From NCBI RefSeq assembly GCF_913777625.1, contig NZ_CAJYTI010000010.1, forward strand, positions 175,095 to 239,094: DNA of 64,000 bases, in the 5' to 3' direction. The position numbers were made by a program, and so were the translations under genes. Below are positions 8,134 to 18,437 of this stretch, in pieces (positions within the stretch are counted from its first letter, which is position 1; every line of letters starts with the position of its first letter). The notes under the pieces are model-generated. The model had not been told where the DNA came from. It worked only from the letters and a program-made list of their open reading frames with translations, and did not search any database. Source of the DNA: an uncultured Sphingomonas sp. Its GTDB lineage: Bacteria; Pseudomonadota; Alphaproteobacteria; Sphingomonadales; Sphingomonadaceae.

Positions 8134-9168
8134 TTACGAGGAAAATTTTTCCGGTTGGATGTGCCGGTCGATGAATTGCAGTAACCATTCCCGATGGGCA
8201 CGGGTGGCGTCGCCGGCACTGGCGATGCGCTGTTCTGCAGCCGATCCGCCGATCTGGGCGGCGAGCAACTGGCGGGCACGGCCCGCGTCAATCCCGCCGG
8301 CGAGAAATTTTCGCGCATCGCCCAGCCCCAAATGGTGGCTGAGATAGGCGGCCTTGGCCAAGGTTTCCGAGTCGGCGCGCACGTTGAGCCCGGATGATTC
8401 GAGCTTATGCAAATTGTTGCGGGCCATATCTGCGACGGTGAGAATCGACGCCTGCGGATCGTAGCGCAACGCCAGCAACTCGCTGCGCCGGCTGGGATCG
8501 ACCTTGCCGTTCTCCTTCAGCCAGCCGCGCGCCTTGGCGACGTCGTTCAGCCAGGTGCCGCTCTGTTCGGCGAGTCCCTGCCAGGTGCCGCTGAGGAACT
8601 GGCCCAGCCCCGCCGCGCTCGAGCGCGGGTTGCGGGAGAGCGGGTTCCAGCTGCCGTCATGGCCCTTGCCGGCTTCGGCGTTGACGATTGCGGCGAGCGC
8701 ATTGGCAGGCACGCCGCTCCGTGCCTCGGCCGCCGCCAGCGCATCGGCGTAGCGGCTGTTGGCGCCGAGCGCGAGCGCACCGGAGGTGCCGCCGGCGGCG
8801 ACCCCGGACGCAGGGGCGGAGGCCATGGCGGCCGGCGGCGCCGCGATTGCCCGGGCGCGCTCGGCCGTCAACGGCGCCTTGGGCGCGACGGCTGCGTCCT
8901 GGGCGTCGTCGTGACATGAACAGGCGCATTGGCAGTTGCAGCGGCCCTTGGACGAACGCGGCGCCTGGGTGCCGAGCAGTTCGAGCAACGAGTCCATCTG
9001 CATGTCCGAACCCGGGCCGAGCGGCGAGCGGGTCTTGCCCGCTTCGCGGTCGCCGTCGCCGAGCGCGGCGCGCCAAAGCCGGGTCGAGAGCTCGGACTGC
9101 GCCTGGGCGTAGATCACGTTGGCGCGCTGGGCCGGCGTGAGCGCGGCGAGGTCGGTACGGTGGATCAT
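8134..9168 (-). CDS. Lytic transglycosylase (SLT-like), probable flagellar peptidoglycan hydrolase, with a Cys-rich linker
   Basis: AAIVNAEAG (catalytic Glu), SSAAGLGQFLSGTW, YLSHHLG; ATGA overlap with the fliJ-like gene. Confidence 0.8.
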   Translation of the reverse strand: MIHRTDLAALTPAQRANVIYAQAQSELSTRLWRAALGDGDREAGKTRSPLGPGSDMQMDSLLELLGTQAPRSSKGRCNCQCACSCHDDAQDAAVAPKAPLTAERARAIAAPPAAMASAPASGVAAGGTSGALALGANSRYADALAAAEARSGVPANALAAIVNAEAGKGHDGSWNPLSRNPRSSAAGLGQFLSGTWQGLAEQSGTWLNDVAKARGWLKENGKVDPSRRSELLALRYDPQASILTVADMARNNLHKLESSGLNVRADSETLAKAAYLSHHLGLGDARKFLAGGIDAGRARQLLAAQIGGSAAEQRIASAGDATRAHREWLLQFIDRHIQPEKFSS

Positions 9169-9596
9169 GCAGCCTTCACCGGCATCCGCTTGCGCTCGCG
9201 CAGGAAGCGCGCCGCGGCAATGTCATCAATCGCCGCCTGTTCGGCGGCTTCGGCCTCGCGCTCGGCATCGGCGCGGAAGCGCTCGGCGGCGCTTTCGATC
9301 GCGCGCAGCGTGCCAAAGGCCTCGCGCGCCTGTTCGCGCAGCTGCAGCAGGCGGTCCTGTTCGGCCGCGACTTCCTGGCCGAGCCGGGTCTGGGCGTGCT
9401 TGGCCGTGGCCAGCCAGGCGTCCGAGGCAAAGGGCAGCGCGTGGGCGAGCATCCGCTCCTCGCGCATCCGCTCGACGAGCGTGCGGGCCTGCTGCTCCAT
9501 CTCGGCGATGCGCTCGATCGAGGCGCCGATCGCGACCTTGAGGTCGTCGACGCTACGCTGCTGCATCCGCAGTGCGGTGTCGAGCGGCGTCCTCAT
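9165..9596 (-). CDS. fliJ: FliJ-like flagellar export chaperone
   Basis: 143-aa coiled-coil protein immediately downstream of fliI. Confidence 0.65.
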   Translation of the reverse strand: MRTPLDTALRMQQRSVDDLKVAIGASIERIAEMEQQARTLVERMREERMLAHALPFASDAWLATAKHAQTRLGQEVAAEQDRLLQLREQAREAFGTLRAIESAAERFRADAEREAEAAEQAAIDDIAAARFLRERKRMPVKAA

Positions 9597-10954
9597 GCGG
9601 CGAGACCCACGTCATGGCCCGGCTCGCCCGCGGCGGCACCGGAGAGGATCGCGGCGAGTTCGGCGAACGCCGCCTCGGCATGGCCCTGGTCGTTCTTGCC
9701 CTGGTTGAGCAGCGCCTCGATCCGCGGCGCGAGCGCCACGGCGCGGTCGACCTCGGGTGAAGATCCCGCCTTGTAGGCGCCCAGCCGCACCATCTCTTCC
9801 ATGTCGGCATAGGTCGACAGGAGCTTGCGCGCCGCGATGCGGACGTCGTTCTGCTCTGGCTCCAGGCAATGGGGCAGGGTCCGCGACACGGACTTGAGCA
9901 CGTCGATCGCGGGGTAGCGGCCGCGCTCGGCGATCGCGCGGCGCATCACGACGTGGCCGTCGAGGATGCCGCGCACCGCGTCGGCGACCGGCTCGTTATG
10001 ATCGTCGCCGTCGACGAGGACGGTGAACAGGCCGGTGATCATGCCCTGGCCGGGGGCGCCGGGGCCGGCGCGCTCCAGCAGGCGCGGCAGCTCGGCGAAG
10101 ACCGTGGGAGTATAGCCCTTGGTCGCAGGCGGCTCGCCCGAGGCAAGGCCGATCTCGCGCTGCGCCATCGCGAAGCGGGTGACCGAGTCCATCAGGCAGA
10201 GCACGTTGAGGCCCTGGTCGCGGAAATGCTCGGCGACGGCCAAGGTCGTCCAGGCGGCCTGGCGGCGCATCAGCGCGGGTTCGTCCGAGGTGGCGACGAC
10301 GACGACCGAGCGGGCCATGCCTTCGGGCCCCAGATCGTCCTCGATGAATTCCTGCACTTCGCGGCCGCGTTCGCCGATCAGGCCGATCACTGCGACGTCG
10401 CACTGTGTCCAGCGCGCGAGCATCGACAGCAGGACCGACTTGCCCACGCCCGAACCCGCGAACAGGCCGAGCCGCTGGCCGCGGCAGAGCGGCACGAAGG
10501 TATCGAGGCAGCGCACCCCGGTCTCGATCCGCTCCGCCACGCGGGCGCGGCCGGCAGCGGCGGGGGGCGAGGCCTTGATCGGCTGCGGGTCGGCGCCGTT
10601 GGCGAGCGGACCCTGTCCGTCGACCGGCCGGCCGAGACCGTTGATCATGCGCCCGAGCCATGCCTTGGAAGGGCGCACGGTGAACTGGCCCGCGCCCAGC
10701 TCGGCGATCGCGCCCAGGCCGACGCCCTGCGGATCGACGAAGGGCAGGCACAGCGCCACGCCGCGATCGAGCGCGGTGACTTCGGCTTCCACCTTGCCCG
10801 AGGGCGACTGGATTTCGACGCGGCTGCCGATCTGGGCAACGCCGGTCAGCCCTTCGACTTCGATCAGCGCGCCGCGCACCGCCACCACGCGCCCGAAGCG
10901 GCGATCCGGAACCATCTCCCGGATTGCACGTGCGGCACTGGCGAGCGTTTGCAT
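9593..10954 (-). CDS. fliI: Flagellar export ATPase
   Basis: [45 protein letters not shown]; start ATG 10954, downstream of the flbT stop. Confidence 0.95.
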   Translation of the reverse strand: MQTLASAARAIREMVPDRRFGRVVAVRGALIEVEGLTGVAQIGSRVEIQSPSGKVEAEVTALDRGVALCLPFVDPQGVGLGAIAELGAGQFTVRPSKAWLGRMINGLGRPVDGQGPLANGADPQPIKASPPAAAGRARVAERIETGVRCLDTFVPLCRGQRLGLFAGSGVGKSVLLSMLARWTQCDVAVIGLIGERGREVQEFIEDDLGPEGMARSVVVVATSDEPALMRRQAAWTTLAVAEHFRDQGLNVLCLMDSVTRFAMAQREIGLASGEPPATKGYTPTVFAELPRLLERAGPGAPGQGMITGLFTVLVDGDDHNEPVADAVRGILDGHVVMRRAIAERGRYPAIDVLKSVSRTLPHCLEPEQNDVRIAARKLLSTYADMEEMVRLGAYKAGSSPEVDRAVALAPRIEALLNQGKNDQGHAEAAFAELAAILSGAAAGEPGHDVGLAA

Positions 10955-10968
10955 CGCGGCGGCGTCCT

Positions 10969-11373
10969 TCAGGCGGCCTGGGTGGCGCTCTGGTCGGCGG
11001 TGGCGGCGTCTTCCAGCGCGATCACCTCGCGAGCGGCGGCGAGCGCCTTGTAATATTCGCCCTGGGCGAGTTCGTTGGCGAAGCGGATGCACAGCTCGCT
11101 CGCCTGCGGCGTGCCGAGCGTGGTGATCACCAGGCTGATCAGCTGGACGATGGCATCCTGATGCGCGCTGCGGCCTGCCGGATCGATATAGGCCAGCATG
11201 GTCGCGAAATAGAGCTGGCGGGCAGGCGTGGTCGCTTCCTCGGGCCGCATCACTTCGCGACCGCGCAGGATCGATACCATATTCTCTACGGCAATCTGGG
11301 TACGACCGACGGCGCGCAACACGGCGCCGTTGACGATCGCTTTTTCACCGTCGCGGAGCGTGATGCGAAGCAT
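10969..11373 (-). CDS. flbT: Flagellar biosynthesis regulator FlbT
   Basis: [18 protein letters not shown]...[12 protein letters not shown]...[12 protein letters not shown]. Confidence 0.9.
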   Translation of the reverse strand: MLRITLRDGEKAIVNGAVLRAVGRTQIAVENMVSILRGREVMRPEEATTPARQLYFATMLAYIDPAGRSAHQDAIVQLISLVITTLGTPQASELCIRFANELAQGEYYKALAAAREVIALEDAATADQSATQAA

Positions 11374-11403
11374 GGCACTGGCCTTTCGATAAGCGTTCCT
11401 AAA

Positions 11404-11519
11404 CTTATAGCGACGTTTGCAGCGCGCGGTGCGAATACCCGGCAAATTTTGCCGCCTCCCGTGCGCGGACAGGCAATTTCGCCCTATCGATTTGGGCCGG
11501 CCCGCCACCCCTCTACAAT
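11404..11519. promoter_or_regulatory. Divergent flbT/flgE control region with two ftr-like palindromes and two -10-like motifs
   Basis: Minus CTATAAG 11404-11410; GGCAAATTTTGCC 11441-11453; GGCAATTTCGCCC 11472-11484; plus CTACAAT 11513-11519. Confidence 0.6.
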
Positions 11520-11570
11520 AAAGACGTCGCCGGCGTGGGGATCGCGCGGGCATCTCGAGGAGTTTTGAAC

Positions 11571-12878
11571 TTGAGCCTCTATTCCGCTCTTTACGCTGGC
11601 GTTTCCGGGCTGAGCGCGCAGTCGAGTGCCATGGCCACGGTTGCCGACAACATCACCAACATCAACACCGTCGCCTATAAGGGCGTCGAGGCCCAGTTCC
11701 GCACGCTGGTGACCGATGGTCGCGCGTCGTCGAGCTACTCGGCCGGTGGTGTCGCGGCTTCGCCGATCGCCGAGGTCTCCAAACAGGGGCTGCTCCAGGC
11801 TTCGGGCAGCAGCACCGATCTTGCCATCGATGGCGGCGGCTTCTTCATCACCCGCAGCGGCCTCACGCAAAGCGACCCGGTCGCCTATACCCGGGCCGGC
11901 TCGTTCAAGCCGGACGAAGAAGGCTATCTGCGCAATTCCTCGGGCCAGTATCTCTATGGCTGGCGCCTGGATGCCACGGGCGGCTACACCAACACCGGCA
12001 ACCTCGACGCGCTGACGCCGGTGCGGCTGAGCGATCTGGTCGGCACGGCGGCGCCCACCACCAAGCTGCAGGCCCGCATCAACCTCCAGTCGGACGCCAC
12101 GATTTCGTCCGCCGCATCCACCTACACCGCGGGGCAGATGGCCTCGGGCGCGGTGACCCCCAGCTTCACCCGCTCGTTCACGGTCTATGACTCGCAGGGC
12201 GGCAGCCATCAGATGAACATGTCGTTCCTGAAGACGGCGGCGAACACCTGGAAGGTGGAGAACTACCTGGTTCCCGCCAGCGACACGACCGCCGCCGGCG
12301 GCGTCGTCAGCAGCGGCACCGTTCAGTTCAACGGCGACGGCAGCCTGAACAAGACCGCCTCGACCGCGGCGCTGTTCAGCCCGCTCACCATCAACTACAC
12401 CAACGGCGCCAGCTCGGTGCCGATCGACATCGAACTGGGTGACAATGGCAGCATCAACGGCCTGACCCAGTTCGGCCAGCCTTCGTCGCTGATCTCCGGC
12501 GGTGCCGATGGCGGCATCCTGGGCAACATCGCCTCGACCGAAGTGTCGAAGGACGGCGTGGTCAGCGCGATCTTCGACGACGGCTCGACCCGCAAGGTCT
12601 TCCAGCTGCCGATCGCGACCTTCCCGAACCCGAACGGCCTGACCCGCGTGTCCGGCAACTCCTATTCGGCCAATCGCTCGTCGGGATCGATGACGATGAA
12701 CCCGCCGGGGCAGCTCGGCGCCGGCAAGCTGTCGTCGAACACGCTGGAGGCATCGACCGTCGATCTGGCGGGCGAGTTCACCAACATGATCCGCTTCCAG
12801 CGCGCCTACAGCGCATCGTCGAAGATCATCACCACGGTCGACGACATGCTGCGCGAAGTCAGCGATCTGAAGCGCTGA
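11571..12878 (+). CDS. flgE: Flagellar hook protein
   Basis: TTG start with GAGGAG RBS; ADNITNINTVAYK, TDLAIDGGGFF, YTRAGSF, LEASTVDLAGEFTNMIRFQRAYSASSKII. Confidence 0.95.
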   Translation: MSLYSALYAGVSGLSAQSSAMATVADNITNINTVAYKGVEAQFRTLVTDGRASSSYSAGGVAASPIAEVSKQGLLQASGSSTDLAIDGGGFFITRSGLTQSDPVAYTRAGSFKPDEEGYLRNSSGQYLYGWRLDATGGYTNTGNLDALTPVRLSDLVGTAAPTTKLQARINLQSDATISSAASTYTAGQMASGAVTPSFTRSFTVYDSQGGSHQMNMSFLKTAANTWKVENYLVPASDTTAAGGVVSSGTVQFNGDGSLNKTASTAALFSPLTINYTNGASSVPIDIELGDNGSINGLTQFGQPSSLISGGADGGILGNIASTEVSKDGVVSAIFDDGSTRKVFQLPIATFPNPNGLTRVSGNSYSANRSSGSMTMNPPGQLGAGKLSSNTLEASTVDLAGEFTNMIRFQRAYSASSKIITTVDDMLREVSDLKR

Positions 12879-12906
12879 CGACCACTGAGGCCGGGGGACG
12901 CACGAC

Positions 12907-15012
12907 ATGGCACTGAACGATATCCTTGGAACCGCGGTTTCCGGCCTGGCAGCAGCCCAGGCCGGATTGCGCGCGGTATCGAACAACATCGCCAATGTCG
13001 GCGTCACCGGTTACGCCCGCGAAAAGGTCACGCTCTCGACGTCGGTCGTCACCGGCCAGGTGAGCGGCGTGACCGTCGGCGAGCCCGAGCGCGTTGCCGA
13101 CCGCTTCCTCGAGCAGACCGTCTATCGGCGGGCGGGCGATTATGGCCGCGCCGATGTCACCTCCAGCTATCTCGATCGCCTGCAGGCGCTGCTCGGCCAG
13201 CCGGGTGCTTCGTCGGGGCTACCCGCGCGGCTCGATGCGATCAGCGCCGCGGCAACGGCGATGACCGGCTCGCAATCCGCGGCGCAGACCACGGCGGTGT
13301 TCACCGGCAACGTCGCCGACGCGCTCGCCTCGATGCAGCAGACCACGCACGACGTGGACGGTCTGCGCGCCGACGTGGAGTCCGAGGTCGGCTATTCGGT
13401 CGACAAGATCAACACGCTGCTCACGCGCATCAACGATCTGAACAGCACCGTGGCGCAGGCAACCGGGCAGGGGCGCAGTTCCAGCGGTGCCGCCGATCAG
13501 CGCATGAACGCGATCGAGGAGCTGAGCGGCCTGCTGTCGGTCAATGTGCGCGACCAGCCGGACGGGCGGGTGTTCATCGAGACGACCTCGGGACAGATGC
13601 TGCTCGACGGCCGCCTGCGCCAGCTCGATTATCCGAACAACGGCAACGGTACCGGCAGTTCGCAGACCACCTATCCGGACATCAGCATCCGGTTCACCAA
13701 CAAGGACGGTTCGGTTGGCGCGCTGACCGGCGAGAAGCTGGACTCGGCGGCGGTCGGCGGCAAGCTGGGCGGCCTGCTTGATCTGCGCGATCGTGCGCTG
13801 CCGGCCTTTTCCGAACAGTTGGGGACCGTATTCAGCGGTCTTTCCGAGGCGCTCAACGCGGTATCCAATGCAGGCTCCACCGTGCCGGCGCCCACCAGCC
13901 TGACCGGCCGCCAGACCGGTCTTGTCGCTACCGACCGGCTGGGATTCACCGGCAAGGCCACCTTCGCGGTGACCAAGGCGGACGGCACGTTGCTCGCCAA
14001 GACCGAAGTGAATTTCGACGCGCTCGGCCCCAGCGCCACGGTCGGCGACATGATCAACGCGATCAACACCGGGCTGGGCGGCGCCGCGACCGCCAGTTTC
14101 TCGGGCGGGGTGCTGAGCTTCACCGCCACCGGGGCCGGCAACGGGGTGGCGATCGCGCAATCGGCCACGAGCCCCAGCCAGCGGGCCGGCGTCGGCGTCT
14201 CGCAATATTTCGGCATGAACGACCTGATCCGCAGCGACAGCAGCACGCTGGTGCCCAGCGGCTTCAACGCATCGGATCCGCACGGCTTCACCACCGGTCA
14301 GAGTGCGCAGATCGTTCTGCGCGATGCCTCCGGCCTGGCGCTCACCAGCTACACCCTGCAGCCGACCACCGGCGGCACGATGGGCGACATCGTCACCACG
14401 CTGAACAGCAGCCCGCTCGGCAATTTCGGCACCTTCTCGCTCGATACCCGCGGGCGGATGCGGTTCGATCCGGCGAGCGGCATGTCCGGCGCGGCGATTT
14501 CGATCGCGGCGGATTCGACGGACCGCTACGGCAGCGGTCGCACCTTTTCCGCGCTTTCCGGCCTCAGCGGGCTGAACAGCGGGCTGGACGTCGCCAAGGT
14601 TCGCGCCGACATCGCCGCCAATCCGAGCCAGCTTCCGCTCGCACGGCTGGATCCGACGGCTGCCCTCAACACGAAGGTGCTCGGCGCCGGCGACATCTCC
14701 GGGGCCACGGCGTTCGTCAACAAGCTCGCCGGCACGCTGGACATGGGCAAGGACGGCGTGACCACCGTCAATCGCCTGTCCACGCAGTTGCTGGGCAATG
14801 CCGGCCTCGAAGCGAGCCAGGCGAAGAGCCGGCTCGACGACGCGAGTGCCCGCAAGGACGACGCCGTCAACCGGCGCGACAGCTTCTCCGGCGTCAATAT
14901 CGACGAGGAACTGTCGCAGATGGTCGTCCTGCAGAACAGCTATTCGGCATCGGCGCGGGTGATGACCACCGCCACGCAGATGTACGACACACTTCTCCAG
15001 ATGGTCCGTTAA
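12907..15012 (+). CDS. flgK: Hook-associated protein 1
   Basis: VSNNIANVGVTGYAREKV...SGVNIDEELSQMVVLQNSYSASARV. Confidence 0.95.
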   Translation: MALNDILGTAVSGLAAAQAGLRAVSNNIANVGVTGYAREKVTLSTSVVTGQVSGVTVGEPERVADRFLEQTVYRRAGDYGRADVTSSYLDRLQALLGQPGASSGLPARLDAISAAATAMTGSQSAAQTTAVFTGNVADALASMQQTTHDVDGLRADVESEVGYSVDKINTLLTRINDLNSTVAQATGQGRSSSGAADQRMNAIEELSGLLSVNVRDQPDGRVFIETTSGQMLLDGRLRQLDYPNNGNGTGSSQTTYPDISIRFTNKDGSVGALTGEKLDSAAVGGKLGGLLDLRDRALPAFSEQLGTVFSGLSEALNAVSNAGSTVPAPTSLTGRQTGLVATDRLGFTGKATFAVTKADGTLLAKTEVNFDALGPSATVGDMINAINTGLGGAATASFSGGVLSFTATGAGNGVAIAQSATSPSQRAGVGVSQYFGMNDLIRSDSSTLVPSGFNASDPHGFTTGQSAQIVLRDASGLALTSYTLQPTTGGTMGDIVTTLNSSPLGNFGTFSLDTRGRMRFDPASGMSGAAISIAADSTDRYGSGRTFSALSGLSGLNSGLDVAKVRADIAANPSQLPLARLDPTAALNTKVLGAGDISGATAFVNKLAGTLDMGKDGVTTVNRLSTQLLGNAGLEASQAKSRLDDASARKDDAVNRRDSFSGVNIDEELSQMVVLQNSYSASARVMTTATQMYDTLLQMVR

Positions 15013-15025
15013 GGGAGCTGACCCG

Positions 15026-15934
15026 ATGTCCCGCGTAGCCACCGTTCCGCTCCAGCGCACCATGGCCCAGGCCATTTCGACCGCGCAGGAAAAGCTGGCG
15101 ATCACCCAGCAGCAGCTCTCCACCGGCAAGAAGGCGTCCGATTTCGCCTCGCTGGGCACCGAGGCCGTGCGCAACCTTTCGGCGCACAGCCTGCTCGAGC
15201 AGCAAAAGGCACAGTCGGCAGTGGCGTCGCGGGTCGGCACCACCATGTCGCTCTATCAAGGCCATATCGAAGGGATCGAGAAATCCGCGACCGATCTTCG
15301 CCAGCAGATCATGACGGCGATCGGCACGGGCCAGAGCTCGGGCCTGCAAGAGGCCATCGCAAGCTCGTTCGACCAGGTCCGCGCATCGCTCAATGCCAGC
15401 GAGGGCGGCGTGCCGCTGTTCGCCGGATCGCAGACGGACCAGCAGCCCTTTTCGGTGACGTCGCTGGCCGACGCCGCGACGACGACGGCGGCCGATGCGT
15501 TCCACGACGATAACAAGCTGGCCAGCGCGCGGGTCGGCGACGGTGTCGATGTGACCTATGGCATCAACGCCAGCTCGATCGGCAAGAACCTCTACGAGGC
15601 GTTCCGTACGCTCGCCCAAGCGGGCCCGATCGGCACCACCATCACCGCTGCGCAGAAAACCGCACTGCAGCAGGCCGTGTCGCAGCTGAACGGCGGCCTG
15701 AACGACGTCAGTACCGTCAATGCCGATAACGGCCGCAAGCAGAACCAGGTCGAGGACCTGACCCAGCGCGGCCAGGATCGCTCGCTGCTGCTGCAGAAGG
15801 TGATCGAGGACAATGAAGACGCCGATCTGGGCCAGGTCGCGCTCGATCTGTCGCAGCAGCAGACGGTGCTGCAGGCCAGCTATTCCGTGTTCTCGCAGCT
15901 CAGCGGTCTCAGCCTCGTCAAGTATCTGTCCTGA
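15026..15934 (+). CDS. flgL: Hook-associated protein 3
   Basis: Flagellin-like termini (QQLSTGKK; PLFAGS; EDADLGQVALDL) following flgK. Confidence 0.9.
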   Translation: MSRVATVPLQRTMAQAISTAQEKLAITQQQLSTGKKASDFASLGTEAVRNLSAHSLLEQQKAQSAVASRVGTTMSLYQGHIEGIEKSATDLRQQIMTAIGTGQSSGLQEAIASSFDQVRASLNASEGGVPLFAGSQTDQQPFSVTSLADAATTTAADAFHDDNKLASARVGDGVDVTYGINASSIGKNLYEAFRTLAQAGPIGTTITAAQKTALQQAVSQLNGGLNDVSTVNADNGRKQNQVEDLTQRGQDRSLLLQKVIEDNEDADLGQVALDLSQQQTVLQASYSVFSQLSGLSLVKYLS

Positions 15935-16031
15935 TCGACTGGATTTATCATGCGGGTGGCGCAGGCTGTAAGGTCTGCGTCATCTCCGCCGCGTAGCATC
16001 CGCACCGAACGAATATTCGGGAGGCTGGGGG

Positions 16032-17810
16032 ATGCTTCAAAAGGCACGACGGTTGGGCCGGGTCTTGGCCTTGGCGCTTGTCGTGGATGCGGGCGCGGCC
16101 GAGGCCGCCTGCAAGGTCAGTCGCATGGCCGAACTGCCGGTCACCATGCAGGGCATGCGAGCGATCGTCGACACGACCATCAACGGCAAGCCCGCGCCGT
16201 TCATCCTCGATAGCGGCGCCTTCTTCAGCACCGTTCCCCCGGCGGTCGCCAAGGCGTTCGGCCTGCCGGAAGAGCCGGCGCCTCCCGGCTTCCACCTGAA
16301 CGGCATTGGCGGGAGCGCCAGTGCAGGCGTGGTCCGCGTGGACCATTTCGGCCTCGCGGGCGTCGACCTGCGCAACGTCCAGTTCGTCCGCGGCGGCACC
16401 GATATCGGCCAGACCGGGCTGCTGGGACAGAACATCCTCGGCATCGCGGACGTGGAATATGACCTGCCGGGCGGCGCGGTGCGGCTGTTCCGGTCCGAGG
16501 GCTGTGCCAAGGCCTCTTTGGCCTATTGGGCGGTCGGCAAGCCCTATTTCGAGATCGCGATCGAACCCAAGGAGGTCGCCCAAAACCACACGGCCGGCAC
16601 GCTCGAGTTGAACGATGCCAAGATCCGGGCCTTTTTCGACACCGGCGCCAGCGGGACGGTGGTGTCGTTGCGGGCGGCGGCGCGCGCCGGCGTGAAGCCG
16701 GGCGATCCCGGCGTGGAGAAGTCGGGCTGGGAAACCGGCCTCGGTCACCATGTGACCCAGGGCTGGATCGGCACCTTCAAGCTGTTGAAGATCGGCAGTG
16801 AAGAACTGCACAATGTGCGGTTGCGGATCGCCGACCTGGGGGCGCTGGACGTCGATATGCTGCTCGGCGCCGACTATTTCGTGTCGCACCGGCTCTATGT
16901 GTCCAACGCGCTGCACCGCATCTTCTTCACCTATACCGGTGGCAAGCTGTTCCAGCAGGTTGCCCGGGTCGACGCGACCAGCGGCATCGAGGCGCAGGCA
17001 GCGGATACGACCGCTCCGCTCGATGCCGAAGGCTATGCCCGGCGCGGCGCAATGTTCCAGACGCAGCGGGACATGCCGCACGCCATCGAGGCATTCACCC
17101 AGGCGATCGCGCTGGCGCCGCGCGACCCGCGCTTCCCGCGCCAGCGCGCAATGGCCTATCTGGCCGAGGGACGCGGGGTGCTGGCGATCGACGATCTGAA
17201 CACCACCCTGGAGCTCGAACCCGGCGACCATCAGGCGCGCCTGACCCGCGCCCAGCTTCGCGTCCGGTTCGGCAACGCAGCGGGTGCGGTCGCCGATCTC
17301 GACCGCCTCAACGCCGAACTGCCGCGCGAGGACAATGAGCGGCTGCGCATCGGGCAGCTCTACGCCTCGGCCGACAAGTTCGACGCCGCGATCGCGCAGT
17401 TTGACCTGTGGCTGGCCGCACACCGCGAGGATGCGGCGCGGAGCACGGCCCAGAATGACCGCTGCTGGGCGCGGGCGCTCGCCAATATCGATCTGGAAAA
17501 GGCGCACAGCGATTGCGACGCGGCCGTTCGGGCGGTGCCGAACAACCCGTCCTTCCTCGACAGCAGGGCGATGGTGGCGCTGCGCCAGGGCCGGTTCGCG
17601 GCGGCGATCAACGACTTCACCGCCGCGCTGGCGATTGATCCCAAGCTCGCCTGGTCGCTCTACTGTCGCGGGCTGGCCGAGCAGCATCTCGGGCAGGCCG
17701 AGGCAGCCGCGCGCGATATTGCCGCTGCCGTGAAGCTCCAGCCCCGCGTGGCCGATCGCGCGAAGCGCTATGGTCTGGTCGAGGGGGCGAAGGCCGCTGC
17801 TGTCAACTGA
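16032..17810 (+). CDS. Exported aspartyl protease with two retropepsin-like domains plus C-terminal TPR repeats
   Basis: FILDSGA and AFFDTGA catalytic motifs, GLLG/MLLG psi-loops, TPR-like helices, signal peptide. Confidence 0.85.
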   Translation: MLQKARRLGRVLALALVVDAGAAEAACKVSRMAELPVTMQGMRAIVDTTINGKPAPFILDSGAFFSTVPPAVAKAFGLPEEPAPPGFHLNGIGGSASAGVVRVDHFGLAGVDLRNVQFVRGGTDIGQTGLLGQNILGIADVEYDLPGGAVRLFRSEGCAKASLAYWAVGKPYFEIAIEPKEVAQNHTAGTLELNDAKIRAFFDTGASGTVVSLRAAARAGVKPGDPGVEKSGWETGLGHHVTQGWIGTFKLLKIGSEELHNVRLRIADLGALDVDMLLGADYFVSHRLYVSNALHRIFFTYTGGKLFQQVARVDATSGIEAQAADTTAPLDAEGYARRGAMFQTQRDMPHAIEAFTQAIALAPRDPRFPRQRAMAYLAEGRGVLAIDDLNTTLELEPGDHQARLTRAQLRVRFGNAAGAVADLDRLNAELPREDNERLRIGQLYASADKFDAAIAQFDLWLAAHREDAARSTAQNDRCWARALANIDLEKAHSDCDAAVRAVPNNPSFLDSRAMVALRQGRFAAAINDFTAALAIDPKLAWSLYCRGLAEQHLGQAEAAARDIAAAVKLQPRVADRAKRYGLVEGAKAAAVN

Positions 17811-18414
17811 GCGTGGCGGCTAGAACCAGGGCGCGCTCGAACACGGCGGTGAGCATCGGTTCGGTCAGCCGGCCGATATTCTGGTTGTAGCGCGAGACAT
17901 GGTAGCTATCGAGTACCACCTGGCCCTTGGGCAGATGGTGCTCCGCCCCGTGGGCAAAGCGGGCCTTGGGCAACTTTCCGCCGAGCGCCTTCACCGCCGA
18001 CTGGTGCGCGATCTCGCCCAGCGCGACGACGATCGGCGCGCGGAGCTGCCCCGCCAGGAACGGCCGGCAGGCGTGGATCTCGGCCGGCGTCGGTCGATTT
18101 TCCGGCGGGAGGCAGCGCACCGCGTTGAGAATCTGCACACCGCGCGGCGCTTCCCCCTCGGCCAGGCCCAGCTTTTCCAGCACCGCGAACAACAAGGTGC
18201 CCGACTCGTCGCCGGTAAAGGCACGACCGGTGCGGTTCGCGCCCAGGCGTCCGGGCGCGAGGCCGACGATCGCGATCCTGGCGTCCGGGGTACCCAGCGC
18301 GGGGACGGGTGCGTTCCACCAGTCGGGCTGCTCGGCGCGCAACTGGCTGCGCAGCGCGACGAGGCGCGGGCAGAGCGGGCAATCGCGATCGGGTTCGGGG
18401 CTTGGCGTGGACAT
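17803..18414 (-). CDS. Uracil-DNA glycosylase (family 4/5)
   Basis: CPLCPRL, GLAPGRLGANRTGRAFTGD, NAVRCLPPENRP, SYHVSRYN. Confidence 0.9.
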   Translation of the reverse strand: MSTPSPEPDRDCPLCPRLVALRSQLRAEQPDWWNAPVPALGTPDARIAIVGLAPGRLGANRTGRAFTGDESGTLLFAVLEKLGLAEGEAPRGVQILNAVRCLPPENRPTPAEIHACRPFLAGQLRAPIVVALGEIAHQSAVKALGGKLPKARFAHGAEHHLPKGQVVLDSYHVSRYNQNIGRLTEPMLTAVFERALVLAATLS

Positions 18415-18437
18415 GGCATCGCGATAGGCGCGGCAGC

